Shown piece after piece: positions 35,860 to 45,475 of a stretch of 64,000 nucleotides of DNA (position 1 is its first letter; every line of letters begins with the position of its first letter). The DNA is from an uncultured Spirochaetota bacterium. Lineage in GTDB: Bacteria > Spirochaetota > Brevinematia > Brevinematales > JAOACQ01. A program made the position numbers and the translations under genes. A model generated the notes under the pieces. The model saw nothing but the letters and a program-made list of their open reading frames with translations, did not search any database and had not been told where the DNA came from. The stretch is from NCBI GenBank assembly GCA_963768055.1, contig CAVYGN010000002.1, forward strand, positions 448,001 through 512,000. Reading direction: 5' to 3'.

Positions 35860-36269
35860 TATGAAAAACCTCCATAAAATTCTTAAGATGCTCATCGCGG
35901 AGACTCCGGCCCCCTGGAATTACCGCGCAATTGCGAATTGAAATAGACACGTTACAAAAGATTTGAGTTTGAAATAATTGTTGATTTTTAATTAGCAGGG
36001 CGAACACCGCTTATGCGAAGCTGCCCCTTAAAAACGGAAGCCCCATCTAATCGCCTGATTATAAATCGGGCGAAAAAAAAGGGCAAATTATTTATTTATA
36101 CGGTAATAATAATGAAATTATTACTATACCTTATATAATACGCGCCGGTTTACAAAAAAATGAAATAATTTGAAAAAATATTCTTCCCCTTACCCGCCTT
36201 CGCGGGCACCCCCAATTGAATTGATAAATATCCCGTCGTTTCTTATAATATCATATTCATTAATCGGGA

Positions 36270-37166
36270 GTGTTTATGCTGACTTTTCAGGATTTAATAT
36301 TTAAATTAAAAGAATACTGGGGAAAAGAGGGCTGCCTTATCAGGGAACCTTACGACCTTGAAAAGGGAGCCGGGACATTCAATCCCGACACCTTTCTTCG
36401 CTCGCTCGGGCCCGAGCCATGGAAAGTGGCCTATGTAGAACCGTCCCGCCGGCCTGCCGACGGAAGGTACGGAGAAAACCCCAACCGCCTTGGATATTAT
36501 TTCCAGTTCCAGGTAATAATAAAACCGTCTCCCGACAATATCCAGGACCTCTATCTCAAAAGCCTGGAATTCCTGGGGATAGTTTTACAGGAACATGACA
36601 TACGTTTCGTGCATGACGACTGGGAATCCCCCACTCTCGGAGCCTGGGGGCTCGGCTGGGAGGTCTGGCTCGACGGAATGGAGATAACCCAGTTTACATA
36701 TTTTCAGCAGGTGGGGGGGATCGATCTTTCCCCTATCCCCGTGGAGATCACATACGGGACGGAGAGGATCGCAATGTACCTGCAGAACGTCAATCATTAT
36801 AAGAACATCCGGTGGAATTCGGAATTCACCTACGGCGACCTTCATGAGGAACTTGAACAGGAATTTTCAAAGTATAATTTCGAGATAGCCGACATAGATC
36901 TTTACCGGAGACTTTTCGACGATTACGAAGCCGAGTGTTTCAAGACGCTTGGAAAAGACGCCGTCCTCCCGGCTTACGATCTCACGATGAAATGTTCCCA
37001 TGTTTTCAACATTCTTGACGCGAGAGGCGCTATTTCGGTAACCCAGAGAGAGAGCTACATCCTCCGGGTGAGAAAACTAGCTTCGGCATGCGCCGCGGCA
37101 TTTTTAAAGAAAAGGGAGAAGCTCGGCTTTCCTCTATTGAAAAAGAGTTTAGCCCTGACCGCATGA
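36270..37166 (+). CDS. glyQ: Glycine--tRNA ligase alpha subunit
   Basis: [61 protein letters not shown]. Confidence 0.98.
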   Translation: MFMLTFQDLIFKLKEYWGKEGCLIREPYDLEKGAGTFNPDTFLRSLGPEPWKVAYVEPSRRPADGRYGENPNRLGYYFQFQVIIKPSPDNIQDLYLKSLEFLGIVLQEHDIRFVHDDWESPTLGAWGLGWEVWLDGMEITQFTYFQQVGGIDLSPIPVEITYGTERIAMYLQNVNHYKNIRWNSEFTYGDLHEELEQEFSKYNFEIADIDLYRRLFDDYEAECFKTLGKDAVLPAYDLTMKCSHVFNILDARGAISVTQRESYILRVRKLASACAAAFLKKREKLGFPLLKKSLALTA

Positions 37167-37783
37167 TTAGAAGGAATTTCTCCCTCCCATTCATAAAACC
37201 CGGGATCGGGGACGTCTTCGGCCGTCTTGGATACAACCCGAAGAAATCCAAGCTCGACGACAGGACTCTCAATCTGGTGAAATATGAAATCGATCGCGCA
37301 TTGCGCTTGATGAAACCGGCAGGCATCAGCATCGACTGCGCTGTTTCAGAAAACGTCAATGAAACAGTCATGCTCGACTGCGGGTTAGGTTTTCATTCCA
37401 GGAAACTTTCCCTGATAATGAAAAATTCTTTATCCGCCACGCTGATGGTTTGCACTGTCGGCCCTGAACTGGCGGGCGAGATCGCCGGGTTATCTTCAAA
37501 GGGAGAAATGTCCAGTGCGGTGGTCCTGGATGCGGTTGCCAGCGAATCTGTAGAGGCTTTTGCCGGATATATAACGGATATACTCGCACGGGAAAAGATC
37601 CTGATGAATCTGAAACCGGCAATGAGATTCAGCCCCGGTTACGGAGACCTTAAAACGGATATACAGCCTCTTATCCTCAAGCTTCTCGAAGCCGATAAGA
37701 TCGGGGTTACCTGTCGTCAGGACAGTTTTATCCTGATTCCCGAAAAATCCATAACTGCCATCATAGGATGGGATAAAAAGTAA
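37163..37783 (+). CDS. Stand-alone B12-dependent methionine synthase activation-domain protein
   Basis: [40 protein letters not shown] overlap with glyQ stop. Confidence 0.8.
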   Translation: MIRRNFSLPFIKPGIGDVFGRLGYNPKKSKLDDRTLNLVKYEIDRALRLMKPAGISIDCAVSENVNETVMLDCGLGFHSRKLSLIMKNSLSATLMVCTVGPELAGEIAGLSSKGEMSSAVVLDAVASESVEAFAGYITDILAREKILMNLKPAMRFSPGYGDLKTDIQPLILKLLEADKIGVTCRQDSFILIPEKSITAIIGWDKK

Positions 37784-37903
37784 CCTTATACCGCTTTCAC
37801 ATTTATCAAACACGGTACAATTGATTTATTTCTGAAAATCTGTTAAAATATAATGCTGTTGAATATTTGCCCTATCGGCCCCGGACGGAGGTGATAGGAG
37901 GAC

Positions 37904-38914
37904 ATGGAAAATATCGAATTAAAAAAGGATGTCTATCAAAGCCTCCGGAATGGAGAATTGGGGCCGGCGGAAGAGTTGGTCCTCAAAGGCATGGAAGAGG
38001 ATATTCACAATCCGGACTATGAAAAATTATTAAAAGTTATAAAATTCTGGCAAAACCGCAGGGAACTTTTCAATTTCGAGGGGGGAGGAGGCGAAGTCCT
38101 TATAGGGGAATGGGACAAGTTCCTTGAATTTTGCAAAGACCAGAGTATTGATAATAAAAAAGCCGTTTTATCGATAAAGAATTATGTTTACAGCAGAGCC
38201 GTGGAATTCCTTGTCGAGAGTTACAGGCTCTCCCCGGTCCCGGAAAGGGACACCCTTATCCTTCTGGGCCAGACTTTTTACGAGATTGGTATTCTCGACA
38301 GGGCTGTTGAAACTCTTGAGTATGCCCTGTCGTTGGCGCGAGGGGATGACGATATAAGGATTTACATGCTCCTCGGCGATATCTATTTCGAAATCGGTGA
38401 AAACGATTCGGCTATGGTCATGTTCAATGAGGCTTTTTTGAGGTTCCCCCAGCTTGTGAATATTGAGACAATAGAATATCCCGCCATTAAAAAGCTTCAT
38501 GCCTCGGTTTCCGAAGACGGCTTTTCGGATAATGAGGTCCTCGAGTGGATCTCCGTTTACGGATACCTTTACGAGGGTTTGACGGCCAGAAAAAAGATGG
38601 AATACAACGACTACATGGAAATGAAAGAAAAAATACTGGATTATGAAAAGTCGTTGAAAATCGATAAAAAGGTCAGGAATATTATAGTTCCCAGGCTGAT
38701 TAATTTTTACCTGTGGATCCTTGATTATTATATTTACCAGCTTGGGGCATACCAGACGGCTGAAAATGTCTTAAAGAGAATACAGGACTTGATAAGTATC
38801 GCTAATTGCCGCCCGGAAACGAAAAACAAACTTTCCGGACGGGTGTCGGTTTTATTTAAAAGCCTCCTGGCCAGACAGGATGTAAAAAAAAGCGCCGAAA
38901 AGGCAAACCCCTAA
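37904..38914 (+). CDS. TPR-containing protein
   Basis: LGQTFYEIG...AVETLEYAL and LLGDIYFEIG...A...FNEAF TPR pair. Confidence 0.75.
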   Translation: MENIELKKDVYQSLRNGELGPAEELVLKGMEEDIHNPDYEKLLKVIKFWQNRRELFNFEGGGGEVLIGEWDKFLEFCKDQSIDNKKAVLSIKNYVYSRAVEFLVESYRLSPVPERDTLILLGQTFYEIGILDRAVETLEYALSLARGDDDIRIYMLLGDIYFEIGENDSAMVMFNEAFLRFPQLVNIETIEYPAIKKLHASVSEDGFSDNEVLEWISVYGYLYEGLTARKKMEYNDYMEMKEKILDYEKSLKIDKKVRNIIVPRLINFYLWILDYYIYQLGAYQTAENVLKRIQDLISIANCRPETKNKLSGRVSVLFKSLLARQDVKKSAEKANP

Positions 38915-38926
38915 TAAGGACGGTTT

Positions 38927-39841
38927 ATGTCAATCGTGGCTGTAGGAAGTCTAGCATTCGACAGTATTAATACGGCAAAGGGAAAGAGGGATAGAATTCT
39001 CGGCGGTTCCCTGACCCATTTCGCAAACGCCGCCAGTTTTTTATCAAAACCGGACCTGGTAGGCGTTGTCGGCGGAGATTTCAACGAAGATCACTGGAAT
39101 TTTTTAAAATCAAAAGCAAACAGTACCGAAGGGATAAGCCTGTTAAAAGATGAAAAGTGTTTCTTCTGGGAGGGCGTATACTCTGAGGATTACGAAAAAC
39201 GGGAAACAATTACAACAGAACTTAACGCCTTCGCCAAATTCGACCCGATCGTTCCGGATTCCTATACAAACAGGCCTTTCATCCTTTTTTTAGCCAATAT
39301 AGACCCGTTAATACAGAAAAAGGTCGTTCTGCAAAGTAAGAAAAGCACTTTAAAGATCCTCGACACAATGAATTTCTGGATACTCAATAACTATGACAAC
39401 CTCTCCCTTGTTCTCGGCCTGGTTGACGGTATCATAGTTAATGAAGAGGAAGCGTTCCTCCTGACAGGCCAGAAGAACATTGTAAGGGCTGCTGAAAAAT
39501 TGTTCAGGCCTAATTTCAAAATGATCATTGTAAAAAAAGGCTCCAACGGGGTCATGGTTTTCGGTAAGGATTTTATTATATCGCTCCCTTCATATCCCCT
39601 GCGGGATATCACCGATCCTACCGGCGCCGGAGACAGTTTCGCAGGAGCTTTTATAAGCTACCTTGACCGCCTTGGGACGAGGTTTTATGACCGTCGAAGT
39701 CTTAAAAATGCGGCCGCTTATGCGACTGTAGTTGCATCATTCACTGTAGAGGATTTCGGGGTCGACGGGCTTAAAGGGATTTCAAAAAATGATATAAATA
39801 AGCGCCTGCGCGAATTCCGTAACATAACGTCTTTCAAATAA
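38927..39841 (+). CDS. PfkB-family carbohydrate/nucleoside kinase
   Basis: VGSLAFD, LGGS, DTMNFW, KKGSNG, DPTGAGDSFAG. Confidence 0.92.
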   Translation: MSIVAVGSLAFDSINTAKGKRDRILGGSLTHFANAASFLSKPDLVGVVGGDFNEDHWNFLKSKANSTEGISLLKDEKCFFWEGVYSEDYEKRETITTELNAFAKFDPIVPDSYTNRPFILFLANIDPLIQKKVVLQSKKSTLKILDTMNFWILNNYDNLSLVLGLVDGIIVNEEEAFLLTGQKNIVRAAEKLFRPNFKMIIVKKGSNGVMVFGKDFIISLPSYPLRDITDPTGAGDSFAGAFISYLDRLGTRFYDRRSLKNAAAYATVVASFTVEDFGVDGLKGISKNDINKRLREFRNITSFK

Positions 39842-39862
39842 ATAACAGGGAGTGAAACAGAA

Positions 39863-42574
39863 ATGACAGAAACAATTATTAAAAAGAAAGAAGATATATT
39901 GCTCGATATAGAAGAAAAGCTTAAAGAAGAAAAATGGACCAGGGCGGCTATCGAGAGCTACAGCGTAAGGAACTTTATCGAACTCGACAGCATAATCCGC
40001 ATGTCCATCGACGACAACTTTAAGGACGATCTTAAAAACCTTTGCAGGGAGAACCTCAAGCACTACCAGAACAGCGTTGTCGGTTTATATATAATCGGGG
40101 TACTTTCCCTGGAGGAATCCTCGGTTGACGACACCCATATTCCTCAGATCATAAAACTTTTCATGGACAATAAAAAGCTTAAAATAGCCGAATTCCTGGC
40201 TGAAAAGATACTTTCATACCGCGAGAATAAATTTGCGCTTAAAACCCTTGAAACCGTTTACGAGGATTACGGGAACCAGGACGAATTATTCAATATCAAA
40301 AAAAGGCTTGTACTTATAGACAGTAAGGATGCCGCCAACGCCAAGTATCTCGGCGAATACTACGAGAAAGAGGGCGATAAGGACCAGGCGATGTTTTATT
40401 ACCGCCTGGCTATGGAACGCTATATAAAAGCAAGAAGCGTCAAGATGGTTGAAGATTTATGGAACAAAGTCATAAAACTCTACCCTGAAGACGCCGGCCT
40501 TGTCATCAGCATGTCAAAAAAAATTACCGAAGTTCTGGGCGAAGAGAGAACGGCAGATATGGTTTTCAATGATTTTATAAGACAGGCCATTAAAAATGAA
40601 AAGTTCAGGGAAGCCCTGAAAGTGCTTAAAGTAATTATCGATTTCAAACAGTCTGAAAAACAGTTTCGTAAGGCGATTGAGGATTGCTACAGGAATATTT
40701 ACAAAGACCACAGCCAATTGGAAAAATATCTGAAGCTTTCGGCAATCGGTCAGAGCTGGAAACCGCATAAAGAGGCAATAAGGATCTTCGAGACTCATAT
40801 CGCTTTCGATCAGGGAATCTATGTTTCTCATAAAAGCTGGGGGATCGGCCTGGTTAAGGAAATTCAGAACGATAAGGTAATTATTGATTTTGAAGAGAAG
40901 AAAAACCACGAAATGTCGCTCGAAATCGCGCTCAGGGCCCTCGATATCCTTGACCCCGACAACATCATCATCTGGAAAAAACATAAAACGGAGGAACTTC
41001 GCGGCCTTATCAAGAGCGATCCCCTTAAGGTCATAGAGATAGTGCTTCGAAGCAACAGGGGAGAGATTTCATCCTCCGAAATCAAAAGTTATTTCGTTCC
41101 CGATATAATGAAAGAGAGCGAATGGAACAAGTGGTGGCTCAGTTCTAAGAAACTTCTCGAAACGAGCGAAACCGTCATTCAGAACCCGACAAAAAGGAAT
41201 ATGATCGAACTCCGTGACAACGAACAGAGTATTGTCGATGAAATAATCAGCAAATTTAAGAAAACAACAACCTTCGAAAACAAGGTCAAACTATTCATAG
41301 ATTTCGTCCTGAGGGGGGGGAGTGTGAATTCCGCTCCTGCAGCAGCCCTTGTAGATTACTTTACTGAAATTATCAAAGCTTCGAGCGAATCCAACGAAAA
41401 ACAGCTTGTATCCCTTGTGGCGCTGAAATACTCGAACTATGAAAAATACAGCGACAGCGATGTAGATAGTTCTAACTTTTTCGAAATAAAGAATTTATAC
41501 GATCTGTACGACAAGCTTGACCCGGAACTCAAGAAGACTTTTCTCATGCTTTTAATGAAAAAACTAAAAGACTGGGACCTGAAGTTCGCGGATATAATCG
41601 CTCATTCGGCTGTTGTCAAGCTGAACCGGTTTATGCTGAATGAGCTTGAAATGTTTGAAAAATTTGACGTTATTAACAGTATCTTCGTAGCCTCCATGAA
41701 CGCTTTTCATGAAAACCCGGAATTGTTCCTCTGGATATCCAAGGTCCTGTTCGAAGAAAGCACTACTAACCTTAAGGGCAAAATCGGCGTCAAGGAAAGC
41801 GAAGTCATGTTCAGACTGCTTTCTCTTATCGATATCCTTAACGACGAGATCGAATCTAAAACCAACATAGCCAGGAATAAAAAGATCATCCAGGGAATAT
41901 ACGATATCCTGTTTAAAAAGAATATGTTAAAAGAATTGATCACGAAATCCGATGAGGCAACGGCGAAATCTATCCTTTCCCTTCTATACTCTACTCTTAC
42001 GCTTGAAGCTGATCTCAGGGAGGAATACGTAAATCAGATAATTGCTCTTTATCCGTCTTTGAAAAAGATAAGCAAGCAGGAAAAGATCTTTATCAGGCAT
42101 CCCTTCCTGGTTACCGCTATATCGCTTGAAACTAAGAAGCGGGAGCTTGCCCGGATAATGTCGGCCGATATTCCCGAAAACAGCCGTGCGATCGGCGAAG
42201 CTATGGAAAAGGGAGATCTACGGGAGAACGCGGAATATAAAGCGGCTCTGGAAAAACAGGACCAGCTCAAAGCCTCCGCTTCCAAACTTGAAACGGAAAT
42301 CAACCAGGCTAAGGTCCTTGATAAAAATAAGGTCAATACGTCAATTGTTGACGTCGGCGTAAAAGTTACTGTCAAAGCGGATGACGGCACTATGGAGGAA
42401 TACCGGATACTTGGCCAATGGGACGTGGATTTTAACACGAAAACTATTTCTTATCATTCCCCTTTGGGCAAGGCCCTGCTTGATAGGAAAATAGGCGACA
42501 ATATTGATTTTGAATACAACGGTGAATTGAAAAAATACGAAATTGTTAAGATTACTCTTGCGGATTTTAAATAA
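39863..42574 (+). CDS. greA: Transcription elongation factor GreA with large N-terminal extension
   Basis: C-terminal IPENSRAIGEAMEKGDLRENAEYKAA, ISYHSPLGKALL; long TPR-like N-region with VSHKSWGIG. Confidence 0.92.
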   Translation: MTETIIKKKEDILLDIEEKLKEEKWTRAAIESYSVRNFIELDSIIRMSIDDNFKDDLKNLCRENLKHYQNSVVGLYIIGVLSLEESSVDDTHIPQIIKLFMDNKKLKIAEFLAEKILSYRENKFALKTLETVYEDYGNQDELFNIKKRLVLIDSKDAANAKYLGEYYEKEGDKDQAMFYYRLAMERYIKARSVKMVEDLWNKVIKLYPEDAGLVISMSKKITEVLGEERTADMVFNDFIRQAIKNEKFREALKVLKVIIDFKQSEKQFRKAIEDCYRNIYKDHSQLEKYLKLSAIGQSWKPHKEAIRIFETHIAFDQGIYVSHKSWGIGLVKEIQNDKVIIDFEEKKNHEMSLEIALRALDILDPDNIIIWKKHKTEELRGLIKSDPLKVIEIVLRSNRGEISSSEIKSYFVPDIMKESEWNKWWLSSKKLLETSETVIQNPTKRNMIELRDNEQSIVDEIISKFKKTTTFENKVKLFIDFVLRGGSVNSAPAAALVDYFTEIIKASSESNEKQLVSLVALKYSNYEKYSDSDVDSSNFFEIKNLYDLYDKLDPELKKTFLMLLMKKLKDWDLKFADIIAHSAVVKLNRFMLNELEMFEKFDVINSIFVASMNAFHENPELFLWISKVLFEESTTNLKGKIGVKESEVMFRLLSLIDILNDEIESKTNIARNKKIIQGIYDILFKKNMLKELITKSDEATAKSILSLLYSTLTLEADLREEYVNQIIALYPSLKKISKQEKIFIRHPFLVTAISLETKKRELARIMSADIPENSRAIGEAMEKGDLRENAEYKAALEKQDQLKASASKLETEINQAKVLDKNKVNTSIVDVGVKVTVKADDGTMEEYRILGQWDVDFNTKTISYHSPLGKALLDRKIGDNIDFEYNGELKKYEIVKITLADFK

Positions 42575-42721
42575 TTAATGGGCCCTTCTAAAAACTGCCC
42601 CTTTGGGGCAGCAAGGTAGGGCCCATAGGGCGGAATTATTAGCTTCAATTTTTTTAAATTTTTGAAGAGGTGAGTTTTTGGAACCACCCTAATGAAATAA
42701 AATTAAAAATAGGAGGGAAGA

Positions 42722-42991
42722 ATGCCTCTTTGGGTTACATTGCCGATTCAAATGGTAGTAGGGGCTCTCGCCGGCCTTTATTACATAAGAATTATGAAGA
42801 AGCCCATGTTCGGACAGCTCTGGGGAGCGGTAGTTTTCGGGGTTGTCGGCGGTATTCTGGGCGGGTTTTTCCTGGGCAGCCTTACTGAAATCACCCAATT
42901 TCTTGTAAAGAACTTTTTATCCGTCGATTTCGTGGCAACCCTGTTCGGAGCGTTCTCGCTTCTCTGGCTGTTTTCAAAGATCGCACATTGA
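42722..42991 (+). CDS. Small membrane protein (GlsB/YeaQ-like)
   Basis: Three Gly-rich hydrophobic helices; GGAGG RBS. Confidence 0.6.
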   Translation: MPLWVTLPIQMVVGALAGLYYIRIMKKPMFGQLWGAVVFGVVGGILGGFFLGSLTEITQFLVKNFLSVDFVATLFGAFSLLWLFSKIAH

Positions 42992-43017
42992 TAAAAATAA
43001 TTCTGGAGGTTTAAACT

Positions 43018-43422
43018 ATGGCAAACGAATTAGATGAAGTTAAGGTAGGTAAAATCGGCATTCAAAAACCTCTTACCGTCACCCTCGATATGCCGGTTTC
43101 TAAGGCCGCTGAAAAGATGCTTCGTGAAAAGGAGCATAGCGTAATTGTAGTCGATAAGACAGCCAAGCCTGTCGGAATAGTATCCTCATGGGATATATTG
43201 AAGATCACCTTTTTAGCCGACAGCGCGAGAGAAATGCAGGTATCCAAGCTTATTGAAGGGCAGAAGCTTTTGTTCGTCTATACCGAGGTCAGCGTCAGGG
43301 ACGCGCTTAATCTGATGATTGAAAAATCGGTCAGCGCCCTGCCTATCCTTGACGAAGGCGATAATCTTATCGGTAAAGTCAGCCTTTCGGATGTAGCCAA
43401 GTTCGTTAAAGAAAAATTATAG
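43018..43422 (+). CDS. Tandem CBS-domain protein
   Basis: Two CBS repeats (VVD...PVGIVSSWDI; LPILDE...LIGKVSLSDV). Confidence 0.88.
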   Translation: MANELDEVKVGKIGIQKPLTVTLDMPVSKAAEKMLREKEHSVIVVDKTAKPVGIVSSWDILKITFLADSAREMQVSKLIEGQKLLFVYTEVSVRDALNLMIEKSVSALPILDEGDNLIGKVSLSDVAKFVKEKL

Positions 43423-43441
43423 CTTTTCTTCGGGAGATTCT

Positions 43442-45475
43442 ATGCGTAAATATCTTGTCACATCAGCCCTGCCGTATGCCAATGGTCCCCTGCACCTCGG
43501 CCACCTGGCCGGCGCTTACCTGCCTGCGGATATATTTGTCCGTTTTAAAAGGCTATGCGGAGAAGATGTCGTTTATATATGCGGCAGCGACGAGCATGGC
43601 GTACCGATTACGATACGGGCAGAAAAGGAAGGAGTGAGCCCAAGGGCCGTAGTGGATAAATATCATGCCGAAATGGTCGAAAGCTTTAAAAAAATGCGGA
43701 TAGATTTCGATAATTTTTCAGGAACTGCAAGGCCCAGGCATTACGAGATTTCACAGCGATTTTTTTTGGACCTCTATGAAAACAATCACCTTGTTACCAA
43801 AACAGAGGAGCAGTTTTTCGACGGCAGAAAAAAAAGATTTCTCCCGGACCGTTATATAGAAGGGAAATGCCCCCATTGCGGTTATGAAAAGGCAAGGGGC
43901 GATCAATGCGACAATTGCGGCCGCCTTCTTAACTCTATGGACCTTATAAATCCATTGAGCATATTATCCGGAGAAAAACCGGTTATTAAAAAGACAATGC
44001 ATTGGTATCTAAAGCTCCAGGATTTCGAAGAAAGGCTGATTGACTGGATTAAATCGAAAGAGAACTGGAAAGACAATGTGCGAAATTTCGTCCTGGGCTG
44101 GATAGACAAGGAAGGCTTAAGGGAAAGGTCGATAACGCGGGATATAGATTGGGGGATCCCTGTCCCGATTAAGAGCGTCGAAGCGGAGGGGAAGGTCCTT
44201 TATGTCTGGTTCGATGCTCCTATAGGATATATTTCTTCAACAGTGGAATGGGCGGAAAAGATAGGCCAGCCCGAAAAATGGAAGGAGTACTGGCTTTCGC
44301 CGGATTCAAAGATCATCCATTTTATCGGAAAAGATAATATACCGTTTCATGCAATTATATGGCCTGCCATACTGATGGGTCAGAAAACCGAATATCAGCT
44401 CCCCTATGAAATACCGGCCAATGAATACCTGACCCTCGAGGGTGAAAAACTTTCAACATCGCAGAATTGGGCTGTTTGGGTCGACGAATATCTGGAGGTT
44501 TTTCCTCCCGATCCTCTCCGTTACTTCCTTGCAGCAAACGCCCCTGAAACCAAGGACTCGGATTTTTCCTGGAAAGGCTTCCAGACGAGGAATAACGAGG
44601 AGCTTTCCAATATCCTGGGGAATTTTGCGAACAGGACCCTTTCATTCCTTAAAAATAACTGCAGAGGCCTTATCCCGGCCGGAGATTATAAAAAAGAAGA
44701 CCTTGCTGTTTTCAAATCTCTTGAAAGGCTTATAGGCGAAATCGTAAGTAATTTTGAAAAGTTCCATGTAAGGGAAGCCGTGAAGACAATAATGGATATA
44801 GCCCGCCTGGGCAACAAATATTTTGACGACTCCAAGCCATGGGTGCAGAAAAAAGAAAACCCGGAAAGAATGGACACCTCTATAAACGTCTGTATGAATA
44901 TTTTAAGAGTCCTTGCGGTCTCTATGTATCCGGTTATCCCCGACTCGGCGGCCAGACTCTGGAAAATGATCGGCGAAGAGAGCGATATTGTCAACCAGAG
45001 ATGGGATAATCTTAAGCTGACACGTATAAAAACCGGCCTGAAAATAAACGAACCTGAAATTCTTTTTGTAAAATACGACGATAAAATCATCCAGGCTCAG
45101 ATTGACCGCCTTATGAAAAAGTCGAACAGGGAAGAGGGCCGGGACAGGTCCGTCTCCATAGATGAATTCAAAAAATTCGACCTGAGAGTCGCCGAAATAT
45201 TAGAGGCCGTCCCATTGGAGAAATCTAAAAAACTTTTGAAACTGAAAGTCCGTGTCGGCCGGAATGAAAAGCAGATCCTGGCAGGCATAAAACCCTATTA
45301 TGAAGCCGAAAAACTTGTGGGAAGAAAAATAGTTATTATAAATAACCTTGAACCTGCAACACTGATGGGGGAAAAATCGGAGGGAATGCTTCTCGCAGCC
45401 TCGGACGAGGGGCATACGAAGGTGATTTTCCTCACGCCCGAATCCGATATCGAGAGCGGGTCTAAGGTAAGCTAG
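43442..45475 (+). CDS. metG: Methionine--tRNA ligase with C-terminal tRNA-binding domain
   Basis: SALPYANGPLHLGH, CPHC/CDNC zinc knuckle, YVWFDA, KLSTS, DLRVAEI...SEGMLLAA. Confidence 0.97.
   Translation: MRKYLVTSALPYANGPLHLGHLAGAYLPADIFVRFKRLCGEDVVYICGSDEHGVPITIRAEKEGVSPRAVVDKYHAEMVESFKKMRIDFDNFSGTARPRHYEISQRFFLDLYENNHLVTKTEEQFFDGRKKRFLPDRYIEGKCPHCGYEKARGDQCDNCGRLLNSMDLINPLSILSGEKPVIKKTMHWYLKLQDFEERLIDWIKSKENWKDNVRNFVLGWIDKEGLRERSITRDIDWGIPVPIKSVEAEGKVLYVWFDAPIGYISSTVEWAEKIGQPEKWKEYWLSPDSKIIHFIGKDNIPFHAIIWPAILMGQKTEYQLPYEIPANEYLTLEGEKLSTSQNWAVWVDEYLEVFPPDPLRYFLAANAPETKDSDFSWKGFQTRNNEELSNILGNFANRTLSFLKNNCRGLIPAGDYKKEDLAVFKSLERLIGEIVSNFEKFHVREAVKTIMDIARLGNKYFDDSKPWVQKKENPERMDTSINVCMNILRVLAVSMYPVIPDSAARLWKMIGEESDIVNQRWDNLKLTRIKTGLKINEPEILFVKYDDKIIQAQIDRLMKKSNREEGRDRSVSIDEFKKFDLRVAEILEAVPLEKSKKLLKLKVRVGRNEKQILAGIKPYYEAEKLVGRKIVIINNLEPATLMGEKSEGMLLAASDEGHTKVIFLTPESDIESGSKVS

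Noticed and set aside
36048..36080. Rho-independent terminator
   Set aside because: The hairpin is followed by an A-run on + and preceded by a T-run on -, the wrong geometry for either strand
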